64,000 nucleotides of DNA from an uncultured Mycoplasmatota bacterium (GTDB lineage Bacteria; Bacillota_I; Bacilli_A; RF39; UBA660). Where the stretch lies: contig CAOJEH010000001.1 in NCBI GenBank assembly GCA_948434005.1, forward strand, positions 219,880 through 283,879, read 5' to 3'. How positions within the stretch are numbered: position 1 is the stretch's first letter; each line of letters opens with the position of its first letter. Shown here in pieces: positions 18,856 to 27,781 of the stretch. A model generated the notes under the pieces. The model was not told where the DNA came from and searched no databases. It worked only from the letters and a program-made list of their open reading frames with translations. Position numbers and translations under genes: made by a program.

Positions 18856-20268
18856 ATGAAAAGATTAAAAGATATCATAGAGTGTGATTATAATTTAGAA
18901 ATAAATGGTATAAAAACAGATTCAAGAGAGGTTAAAGACAAAGACTTGTTTGTAGCAATTAAAGGATTTAATATAGATCACAGTCTTTATATAGATGATG
19001 CGATTGAAAATGGAGCTGCTGCTATAATTACAGATAAAGATTATGAAGCAGATATACCTATTATAAAGGTAGATGATATAGATAAAACATTGGTAGAAAT
19101 ATGTAAAAAATTCTATGATTTTGATAGTAATATGAATTTAATTGGTGTTACAGGTACTGATGGGAAAACCACTACAGCGACTATTATTAAAAGAATTTTA
19201 AATAATAAACAAGAAACTGCTTATATGGGAACTAATGGAATAGAGTGTGGAAATACTAAGGAGTCAATTTCTAATACAACACCTACAATAGAAAATTTAT
19301 ATAAATACTTTTCATCAATTAAGAATAAGGGAATAAATACAATCTCTATGGAAGTATCTAGTGAAGCATTGCTTCATAAAAGAGTAGATGATTTAAAGTT
19401 TAAGTATGCAGTCTACACTAATATAACGGAAGACCATTTAAATATACATAAAACAATTGATAATTATATTAAATCAAAATTAAAACTTGGTACCTTATTA
19501 TCCGATAACGGTACAATTATTATAAATAATGATGATAAAAATCAAGAAAGTCTAAAAGAGGTAAATAAAAGAATCTATACCTATGGAAAAAATATAAATA
19601 GTGATTTTATTATTAAAGATATTGAATATTTAGATAATATAACTAAATTTACAATAAATTATAACGAAAAAAATTATAAAATAAAAAGTTGTTTATTAGG
19701 TGAATATAATATCTATAATTTAACCGCATCTTTTATAGTGTGTTATTTAGAAGGAATGAAACCTAGAAATATTATAAGAGAAATTAAGAAACTTAAAATT
19801 ATAGAAGGAAGAGGTGAAGTATTATCATTTGGTCAAAATTATACAATAATTCTTGATTATGCTCATACAGAAAATAGTATTGAAAATATAGTCTCTTCAG
19901 TGAAAGATAAACATAAAAGAGTGATTGTAGTTACAGGTGCAGCAGGAGGAAGAGAAAAGGAAAAAAGAAAATATATTGGTAAATACTTATTAGATAATAC
20001 AGATATGGTTATATTTACTATGGATGATCCAAGGTATGAGAATGTTGATTATATTATAGATGATATGATTTCGATATCTAAAAAAACTAACTATAAAAGA
20101 ATTATATCTAGATCTAATGCGATTAAGTATGCGCTAGATATAGCTCAAGAAGATGATGTAGTATTAATTCTTGGTAAAGGAAGAGATAATTATATGGCTA
20201 TAGAAGATGAGAAAATACCTTATAATGACTATGATGAAATAAAAGAGTGCTTTACAAATAGATATTAA
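18856..20268 (+). CDS. murE: UDP-N-acetylmuramoyl-L-alanyl-D-glutamate--diamino-acid ligase (Mur ligase family, MurE-like)
   Basis: MurE-specific TDSREV motif and the ATP-binding P-loop GVTGTDGKTTT. Also has DYAHTE and a DDPR motif (DNPR/DDPN position). Stand-alone rather than in a dcw cluster. Confidence 0.7.
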   Translation: MKRLKDIIECDYNLEINGIKTDSREVKDKDLFVAIKGFNIDHSLYIDDAIENGAAAIITDKDYEADIPIIKVDDIDKTLVEICKKFYDFDSNMNLIGVTGTDGKTTTATIIKRILNNKQETAYMGTNGIECGNTKESISNTTPTIENLYKYFSSIKNKGINTISMEVSSEALLHKRVDDLKFKYAVYTNITEDHLNIHKTIDNYIKSKLKLGTLLSDNGTIIINNDDKNQESLKEVNKRIYTYGKNINSDFIIKDIEYLDNITKFTINYNEKNYKIKSCLLGEYNIYNLTASFIVCYLEGMKPRNIIREIKKLKIIEGRGEVLSFGQNYTIILDYAHTENSIENIVSSVKDKHKRVIVVTGAAGGREKEKRKYIGKYLLDNTDMVIFTMDDPRYENVDYIIDDMISISKKTNYKRIISRSNAIKYALDIAQEDDVVLILGKGRDNYMAIEDEKIPYNDYDEIKECFTNRY

Positions 20269-20310
20269 AATGTTATAATATGAGCCACTAATTCATAAGT
20301 CGGTGATAAT

Positions 20311-21105
20311 ATGAGTAATTTAAATATAATTTATGGTGCTGGGGAACAAACAAAAAGAAAGCTGGATGTTTTATTAGAACCTGCTGTAGAGTATTATGGA
20401 AGTGAATATGAATCGTTAATTCTAGATTTAGTTAGTAATACATATTTTTATGAAGCAGATGGTAAATATAATGAACAAGATATTATTAATTATTTATGTG
20501 GAACTAAAAAAATAAGAACTTCAAATTTTAATACTCCAAATCAAAGACCAGCTTTTTATTTAAGACAATCTAGTGGTAAGGGTTACAACAATATAGTTGT
20601 TACTCCAAATATTGAAACTGACTATGATTATCATATATTTGCTCACGAATTATTTGGTCATACGATGTTTGAAATATATGATGCAGTTATAGAAAAAGGA
20701 AAACAAATATATGGAAGAAATGGAATATCTCTAGCAGGAAGAAAAAGAGATTATTATGATATTTTAAATGAAGGCTGTGTCGAGTCAGTAGCAAGTTCTA
20801 TAGTAAAATTAAATAAACATAACATTAAAGATATAAGCTCACAAAAATATATGACTGCTAAATACTGTGGGGATAAAATGTTTGATGTTATTGGACGAGA
20901 AATGATGTTAGAAATATTAGTTTATAATAGACATAATATTGAAAAAGAATACAATCAAGATAGTAAAATAAATCATTTAAAAAGACTAAATAGCCTATTA
21001 GAGTTAGAATTAAAAACTAGACCTAATCCATATATAAATAAAACTATTAATCAAAGTATAGAGAAAAACTTAATTGGATTTCAAAAAAGGAAAATTAGAA
21101 ATTAA
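20311..21105 (+). CDS. Hypothetical protein with an HExxH motif (possible small zinc metallopeptidase)
   Basis: Contains FAHELFGHTMFE (HELFGH = HExxH). No signal peptide. Otherwise unrecognised. Confidence 0.35.
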   Translation: MSNLNIIYGAGEQTKRKLDVLLEPAVEYYGSEYESLILDLVSNTYFYEADGKYNEQDIINYLCGTKKIRTSNFNTPNQRPAFYLRQSSGKGYNNIVVTPNIETDYDYHIFAHELFGHTMFEIYDAVIEKGKQIYGRNGISLAGRKRDYYDILNEGCVESVASSIVKLNKHNIKDISSQKYMTAKYCGDKMFDVIGREMMLEILVYNRHNIEKEYNQDSKINHLKRLNSLLELELKTRPNPYINKTINQSIEKNLIGFQKRKIRN

Positions 21106-21213
21106 TCTGATTTTCTTTTGTTATGAACTTGACACAATAAAAAAAGCAACTTAAAATAGAATTATAGATTATAATTTAATTAGGTTTAAATGTATTCTAA
21201 ATGGAGGTAAAAT

Positions 21214-22767
21214 ATGAATAGTATATTAATCTCCGTTTTACTTATAGTAATTGGATTATCAGTGGGGATAGGTATTTCATTTATAATTAATTTATTAAGA
21301 GGAAATATGGCATCAAAAAAGGTAGATGGTATTATTAATCAAGCTAGAAAAGATGCTGATAAGTTAAAAAGAGACTCTATTTTAGAACAAAAAGAAGAAG
21401 CACATAGATTAAAGATGGATTTAGATAAGGAAATCAAAGAGAAAAAGGCAGAAATAAAAGAACAAGAAGCAAGACTTTTACAACGTGAGAACAGTATGGA
21501 TAAGCGTGATGAATTATATCAAAAACGTGAACAAACTTTAGATCAAAGAGAAGAAAATCTTAATGAAAAATTAAATGATATCCAAAATGAAAAAAGTAAA
21601 GTGGAGGAAATAAAAAAAGAACAACTAGATTTACTAGAAAAAATATCAGGATTTAGTAAGGAAAAAGCTAAAGACTTAGTAATGAAACAAGTTAAAGAAA
21701 ACATGACAAAAGAAATCTCTGAATATATAAGAGAACAAGAGAATGAAGCAAAATTAGTAGCAGATAAAACAGCTCGCGAAATGATAGTTACATCAATGCA
21801 AAAATATGCAGCTGATATTGCAAGCGATCAAACAGTAACTGTAGTGGAACTTCCAAATGAAGAGATGAAAGGTAGAATTATCGGTAGAGAGGGACGTAAT
21901 ATTCGTACAATTGAAGCAATAACAGGAGTTGATTTAATTATTGATGATACACCTGAAGCTGTAGTTCTATCAAGCTTTGATCCATTACGTAGAGAAATTG
22001 CTTATGTAACTTTGCAAACATTAATAAAAGATGGAAGAATTCATCCAACTAGAATTGAAGAGTTATATGATAAAGTATGCAAAGATATGAAACAAAAGAT
22101 TATTGAATATGGAAACGATGCTACATTTGAATTAGGCTTAACTAAGTTTGATCCAGAATTAATAGAGATAATTGGTAAATTACATTTTAGAACAAGCTAT
22201 GGACAAAATGCTTTACAACATTCTATAGAAGTTGCTCATTTATCAGGACTAATTGCTGGAGAACTTGGAGAAAATGTAATGCTTGCTAAAAGAGCAGGAC
22301 TTCTACATGACATTGGTAAAGCAATTGATCATGAGATAGAAGGAAGCCATGTTGATATTGGCGTAGATATAGCTAAAAAATATAAAGAAGATAAAATAGT
22401 TATTAATTCTATTGCTTCTCATCATGGAGATACTAAAGCAGATAGTGTTATATCTGTAATAGTAGCAATAGCAGATGCTCTATCAGCATCACGACCAGGT
22501 GCCAGAAATGACTCTTTAGAAAATTATATAAAAAGACTTACTCAACTTGAAGAAGTAGGTAATCAAATAGATGGTGTAGATAAAGCATTTGCTCTTCAAG
22601 CAGGAAGAGAACTAAGAGTAGTTGTAAAACCTGAAGAAGTAGATGACGTTAAAGCACATAAAATTGCACGAGATGTTAAAGAACAAATTGAGTCAACTAT
22701 GAAATATCCAGGAACTATTAAAATAACAGTTGTTAGAGAAACACGTGCACAAGAAGAAGCAAAATAA
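21214..22767 (+). CDS. rny: Ribonuclease Y
   Basis: N-terminal TM, then a long coiled-coil, a KH domain ([26 protein letters not shown]) and an HD domain (LLHDIGKA...SHH). Confidence 0.9.
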   Translation: MNSILISVLLIVIGLSVGIGISFIINLLRGNMASKKVDGIINQARKDADKLKRDSILEQKEEAHRLKMDLDKEIKEKKAEIKEQEARLLQRENSMDKRDELYQKREQTLDQREENLNEKLNDIQNEKSKVEEIKKEQLDLLEKISGFSKEKAKDLVMKQVKENMTKEISEYIREQENEAKLVADKTAREMIVTSMQKYAADIASDQTVTVVELPNEEMKGRIIGREGRNIRTIEAITGVDLIIDDTPEAVVLSSFDPLRREIAYVTLQTLIKDGRIHPTRIEELYDKVCKDMKQKIIEYGNDATFELGLTKFDPELIEIIGKLHFRTSYGQNALQHSIEVAHLSGLIAGELGENVMLAKRAGLLHDIGKAIDHEIEGSHVDIGVDIAKKYKEDKIVINSIASHHGDTKADSVISVIVAIADALSASRPGARNDSLENYIKRLTQLEEVGNQIDGVDKAFALQAGRELRVVVKPEEVDDVKAHKIARDVKEQIESTMKYPGTIKITVVRETRAQEEAK

Positions 22768-22776
22768 AAAGAGAAG

Positions 22777-24471
22777 CTAAACTTCAGTTTTAACTTCTTT
22801 TTTGATGTCTATAATTATTGGTAAAACTATAGGATTTCTTCCTGTTAAGTTTCCAATATATGAATAAAGCTCACTAGTTAGATTAGATTTTATAGTAGCA
22901 AAAGTTGATCTGTTATCTGATAGTTCTTTATGTAATATTTCAGTAGCTTTATCTTCAATCTTTCTAAGTAAATCTTCATTTTCATTTATTAAGATAAATC
23001 CTCGTGTAGTAATATTTGGTTTTATTAATAATTCATGCTTTTTCATATCAACATTTATAATAACAACTAAAATTCCATCACGCGACATCATTTGTCTATC
23101 TTTTAAAACAGCCCCACCAATTTCACCAATACGGTTGCCATCAACATAAACGTCTTCACCGGGCATAGATTCGCCTTTTGTTATTTGATGATTGGATAAG
23201 TTTAGAGTATCACCATTTTTTATAACAAATGTATTTTCTTTGGCAATTCCACATTCAATACCAATATTAGCATGTTTCTTTAACATTCTATAATCACCAT
23301 GAAATGGCATTAAATATTTGGGATTTAAAAGTCTAATCATAAGTTTTAATTCATCTTCATTAGCATGCCCAGATGTATGTAGGTCTGCTAATGCGGTATT
23401 AGTATATACTTGAACTCCTTTTAAACATAATTTATTTATAGTTTTTGAAATACTTAGAGCATTTCCTGGTATAGCACTTGATGAAAATATTACCACATCA
23501 TCAGGTCTTAATTTAATTTGACGATGAGTTCCATCTGATATTCTAGAAAGTGCTGCTAGGGGTTCTCCTTGAGAACCAGTACATAGAATAGTAACCTCAT
23601 TTGGTTTTAAGTTGTTAGCTTCCTCTGCAGATACTAATAACTCTTTATGATTTATATATCCTCCTTTAATAGAAATATTGATATTATTTTCCATACTTCT
23701 ACCAAATATACATATTTTTCTATTATGTTTGTAGCAACTTTCAAAAATATGTTTTAAACGATAAATATTAGAAGCAAATGTTGCTATAATGATACGATTA
23801 GATTTAAATCTATCAAACATTTCACCTATAGCGCCATCTACTTTTGATTCTGATGCAGAGTATCCTTCATTTAATGCATTAGTTGAATCACTTATAAGTA
23901 AATCTACTCCATCATGACCAAGGGTAACCATTTTATATAAGTCTGCCATTGGACCAATAGGAGTTAAATCTAGTTTAAAATCACCTGTAGTTACAATTCT
24001 ACCATCTGGTGTTTTTATACTAATACCATGTGAATCTGGTATAGAATGAGTTGTTCGGAAAAATTCTATATCTATTTCTCCAAAGTTTAGTTTAGTATCT
24101 TCGGTATAAACGAATAAATTATCATATCTAATATTTCTATCTTCTAATTTTACTGCAATTAATTCTTTAGCTTGATTAGGTGCATATATCGCAGGAATAT
24201 TAACCTGACTAAGCAAAAAAGGTATCGCGCCAATATGATCTTCATGACCATGAGTTATAAGTAAAGCTTTAATTTTATTTTCGTTTTCCTTTAAAAAAGT
24301 AAAATCAGGTAAAACATAGTCAACACCAAGTAGATAATTTTCTGGAAAACTAATCCCCGCATCAATAATAATAATTTCGTCTTTATGCATTACACAATAC
24401 ATATTTTTACCGACTTCTCCTAAACCTCCCAAAACAACTATTTTTGTTTCATTAGGTTTATTTTCTTTCAT
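22777..24471 (-). CDS. rnj: Ribonuclease J (metallo-beta-lactamase / beta-CASP RNase)
   Basis: Has LITHGHEDHIGA (HxHxDH), beta-CASP motifs and the C-terminal domain. Length is 564 aa. Confidence 0.9.
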   Translation of the reverse strand: MKENKPNETKIVVLGGLGEVGKNMYCVMHKDEIIIIDAGISFPENYLLGVDYVLPDFTFLKENENKIKALLITHGHEDHIGAIPFLLSQVNIPAIYAPNQAKELIAVKLEDRNIRYDNLFVYTEDTKLNFGEIDIEFFRTTHSIPDSHGISIKTPDGRIVTTGDFKLDLTPIGPMADLYKMVTLGHDGVDLLISDSTNALNEGYSASESKVDGAIGEMFDRFKSNRIIIATFASNIYRLKHIFESCYKHNRKICIFGRSMENNINISIKGGYINHKELLVSAEEANNLKPNEVTILCTGSQGEPLAALSRISDGTHRQIKLRPDDVVIFSSSAIPGNALSISKTINKLCLKGVQVYTNTALADLHTSGHANEDELKLMIRLLNPKYLMPFHGDYRMLKKHANIGIECGIAKENTFVIKNGDTLNLSNHQITKGESMPGEDVYVDGNRIGEIGGAVLKDRQMMSRDGILVVIINVDMKKHELLIKPNITTRGFILINENEDLLRKIEDKATEILHKELSDNRSTFATIKSNLTSELYSYIGNLTGRNPIVLPIIIDIKKEVKTEV

Positions 24472-24624
24472 AATTTCTCCTTTCTTTAAGTTAATTTATA
24501 CATAAAAGAACTAACCATGTAGATTATACTATATATTTAATAATTTGTAAATGTTACTCTTGTTTATTTTTAATAAATATGTTATAATTTACCCATATTT
24601 ATTCATACAGAGGGGGAAAAGAAA

Positions 24625-24744
24625 ATGATTGAATTTATCTTGATATCAGGGTGTGCAACAACTATAGCAAATAGTGTCTTAAATAATGCTATGCTAAAAA
24701 TGCTCGAAAAAAAGAGGTTACGTATATTTAGAAGAAAAAAATAA
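24625..24744 (+). CDS. Possible small hydrophobic peptide (39 aa), not in the ORF track
   Basis: Very strong GAGGGGGAAAAG RBS 6 nt upstream of the ATG. Encodes MIEFILISGCATTIANSVLNNAMLKMLEKKRLRIFRRKK, a hydrophobic N-terminus followed by a basic tail. Confidence 0.3.
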   Translation: MIEFILISGCATTIANSVLNNAMLKMLEKKRLRIFRRKK

Positions 24745-24757
24745 GCGAAAAGAGATT

Positions 24758-25069
24758 ATGGGTGTTTGCACTAATTTTATACCATATTACAATATTGTTA
24801 AGACAGTGATATATACAATGATTACAGGAACTTTTGCTTTAGTTAATGAAGGAATAAAACAAAAAATGCTTTCTAAATTTATTTCAGTATATAAAGCGAG
24901 TGAAGCTAAAGAAAAAATTGACAATTATGAAAAGAACTATCCAGAAAAGGAGATAGTTGACGCTATGAAATTAGAGGGAGCAACAGATAATCAAATAGAA
25001 GAAGAGCTTGAAAAAAATGAGGAAGAAAAGGGAGCAATCTCAGTTAGCGAAAACGATATAAGAAAATAG
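24758..25069 (+). CDS. Hypothetical protein (103 aa)
   Basis: ORF only. It has an acidic C-terminus. Confidence 0.3.
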   Translation: MGVCTNFIPYYNIVKTVIYTMITGTFALVNEGIKQKMLSKFISVYKASEAKEKIDNYEKNYPEKEIVDAMKLEGATDNQIEEELEKNEEEKGAISVSENDIRK

Positions 25070-25340
25070 AAGCTATGTCTAATGCTGAACTTTGGCTACA
25101 AAGTATTTATATGGATGTTGGACTTTCTAATGATGAAAAATTATGCTTGTTTTCTGAATATGCAAAACAATTTAAAAAAGATAAAAGTCCAGAAAAAGAT
25201 AAAGCAATACAAAAAACAATGAAAATGATAGATAATAGGAATAATTAAAAATAAATGTATTATAAATAAGTAAGCAAATCTATAATAGATTTGTTTATTT
25301 ATTGATTAAATTTACATACTAAACTGTACGTGATATAATT

Positions 25341-26462
25341 TTGTTGGGTGATATTATGGGACTATTTAATAAAATAAAAAATATGTTTAAAAAAGAAGAA
25401 GTAGAAGAAGATATAAATTTATCAACAAAAGCTGTGGAAGAAATTATAAATGACGAAGAAATATCCACAAAAGTTGTTGAAAAAGATAAAGTAGAAGTAA
25501 AAGGAAAAAAAGTTAAGAAAGAAAATAAAGTAAAAAATGATGTTAAAATATATGAAAAAGGTTTAACTAAATCAAGAGAAGGCTTTGTATCAAAACTTGC
25601 TAATCTTACTAATAAATATACCAAAGTTAATGAAGAATATTTTGAGGAATTAGAGGAAATCTTAATCATGGCTGATATTGGTGTTAATACGGTTATGGAA
25701 TTTATGGATAGATTAAGAGAAAGAGTAAAACAAGAAAAAATAGAAGATCCAGAACTTTTAAAAGAGTTAATTGTAGATGAGTTATTTATTATTTATGTAA
25801 ATGATGAGGTATTAGTAAATAAAATCAATTATAGAGAAAATGGTCCGACAATTATTTTATTTGTAGGGGTAAATGGAGTAGGTAAAACTACTACTATTGG
25901 TAAACTTGCATATAACTTAAAAAATGAAGGTAAAAAGGTTTTACTTGTAGGAGCCGATACCTTTAGAGCAGGAGCTATAGAACAACTTCACGAATGGGGA
26001 GAAAAAATAGATGTAGATTTTTTTTCAAAAGAAGAAGGAAGTGATCCGTCAAGTGTAGTATATGATGGTGTAGAAAAAGCTAAAAGGGATAATTATGACG
26101 TAGTTTTAATTGATACAGCTGGTCGTCTTCAAAATAAGGTAAATCTTATGAAAGAATTAGAAAAGATGAACAAAGTTATTTCTTCTTTAGTAGAAGGCGG
26201 AGCAGATGAGACTCTTTTAGTAATAGATGCTACTACAGGACAAAATGGTATTTCTCAAGCGAAAAGTTTTAAAGAGATAACTAATATAACTGGTATAGTA
26301 CTTACTAAATTAGATGGAACTGCTAAAGGTGGTATAGTCTTAGCTATAAAAGAAGAAGTTAACTTACCTGTAAAATATATGGGTTTAGGTGAGGCAAAAG
26401 AAGATTTAAAAGTATTTGATATTGAAAAATATATATATGGGTTATTTAAAGATTTTATGTAG
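25341..26462 (+). CDS. ftsY: Signal recognition particle receptor FtsY
   Basis: NG domain with GVNGVGKTTTIGKLA, DTAGR and TKLDGTAKGG. The true start may be the internal MGLFNK. Confidence 0.9.
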   Translation: MLGDIMGLFNKIKNMFKKEEVEEDINLSTKAVEEIINDEEISTKVVEKDKVEVKGKKVKKENKVKNDVKIYEKGLTKSREGFVSKLANLTNKYTKVNEEYFEELEEILIMADIGVNTVMEFMDRLRERVKQEKIEDPELLKELIVDELFIIYVNDEVLVNKINYRENGPTIILFVGVNGVGKTTTIGKLAYNLKNEGKKVLLVGADTFRAGAIEQLHEWGEKIDVDFFSKEEGSDPSSVVYDGVEKAKRDNYDVVLIDTAGRLQNKVNLMKELEKMNKVISSLVEGGADETLLVIDATTGQNGISQAKSFKEITNITGIVLTKLDGTAKGGIVLAIKEEVNLPVKYMGLGEAKEDLKVFDIEKYIYGLFKDFM

Positions 26463-26470
26463 GTGATAAT

Positions 26471-26764
26471 ATGAAAGATTTTATCTATTACAATGATTTA
26501 TATGATTGCTATAAAGAATTACTAACCAAAAAGCAAAAGGAATACTTTGAAGATTACTATTTTTCTAACTTATCTTTAGGAGAAATAGCAGATAATTATA
26601 ATGTTAGTAGAAATGCAGTTCATAAACAATTACAAATAACTATTAATAAATTAAAAGAATATGAGGGTAAACTAAATATATATAAGAACAAGAAAGAAAT
26701 AGAATCTATTTTAGAAGAGACTGATATAAATAAAATTAAAAATAGATTAGAAAAGTTAATATAA
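26471..26764 (+). CDS. ylxM: YlxM/UPF0122 putative HTH protein of the SRP operon
   Basis: LLT.KQ..Y...Y..DLSLGEIA..Y.VSR.AV...L.....L..YE.KL matches B. subtilis YlxM. Canonical position after ftsY. Confidence 0.7.
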   Translation: MKDFIYYNDLYDCYKELLTKKQKEYFEDYYFSNLSLGEIADNYNVSRNAVHKQLQITINKLKEYEGKLNIYKNKKEIESILEETDINKIKNRLEKLI

Positions 26765-26790
26765 AAAATAGTGTTTAAACACTATTTTTT
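26764..26790. terminator. Bidirectional terminator between ylxM and the convergent inserted gene
   Basis: aaaaaatagtgtttaaacactattttttt: a perfect 10-bp stem (atagtgttta/aaacactatt) with an A-run on one side and a T-run on the other. Overlaps the stop of the minus-strand gene. Confidence 0.6.
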
Positions 26791-27645
26791 TGTAAATATT
26801 AATCTTTTAGAATCACTATAATCTTGATTTTCTAATTTTTCTAATGAGGTACCAAAAGCAATTGCATTTATCAATAATTGTTTTTGTTTTGAAATTGTTT
26901 GATCTTGATTTCTTACTAATTTTTTAAGCATATGATTTGAAACAGATAGTCTAGGTGCTTTTTCCCTAGGAATACTTTCCCTTACAAATAATAATTCACT
27001 TGCTATAGTTTGAAGATTTTCTGTAACAATTTTCACTTTACTATCTTGCTCTTCAAATAAACTATCACGTATTTCCATAGGTTTAGAATTATTTCCATCA
27101 ACTACTTCATATAGATATGCCTTTATATAATTGTAAGTATTAAGAACACCAGGTAATAGATTTATTGCATCTGGATCTTTAAAAAATTGTTCTAAATATG
27201 ATACATAAGTAACTTTTTCTAAAATATCGTTTACCTGTTTATGAAAAAGGCTTTTATTTTTTTCTGAAAACTTATTATAACTAATCCAATCATAAATACC
27301 ATATTTTTTAGCAGTTTTGCAACCTTTATCATCATATAATACAAACTCAATAGGAATAATGAATTTCCTTTTATTATTTCCAGCTTCAACAAAGCTAGAC
27401 GATAAAAAGTCTAGTTCAGATATCTTAATACAACTTAAAACCTCTAAAGTTTTATTTTCGACTTCATCCATTGATCTTATAACACCTTTAATTGTATAAT
27501 CTTTAGTACTATTGTATAGATTATCTTCCCTTTTATGAACTTGTTCATTTATAAGATTAGGATTTAATATAAGAGTTTGTTGTAGATTCATCAATTCTTC
27601 TGTAGTTAGTTTATCAAGAAATGGATAATTTGACATAATAATCAC
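26782..27645 (-). CDS. Hypothetical protein (287 aa), divergent partner of the HerA-like ATPase
   Basis: Strong AAAGGAGTGA RBS. No TM or signal peptide. No recognisable motif. Confidence 0.5.
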   Translation of the reverse strand: MIIMSNYPFLDKLTTEELMNLQQTLILNPNLINEQVHKREDNLYNSTKDYTIKGVIRSMDEVENKTLEVLSCIKISELDFLSSSFVEAGNNKRKFIIPIEFVLYDDKGCKTAKKYGIYDWISYNKFSEKNKSLFHKQVNDILEKVTYVSYLEQFFKDPDAINLLPGVLNTYNYIKAYLYEVVDGNNSKPMEIRDSLFEEQDSKVKIVTENLQTIASELLFVRESIPREKAPRLSVSNHMLKKLVRNQDQTISKQKQLLINAIAFGTSLEKLENQDYSDSKRLIFTKK

Positions 27646-27781
27646 TCCTTTTTAAAATTTAGCCAGTATTATATCATAAATTATTGTTATTGTAAATAAT
27701 TACTCTTTATCTTGTAAAAGTGCTAAACTTTTAGTATAATTTTAGATATAAGAATATACTTAGAAGAATAAGAGGGATAAT

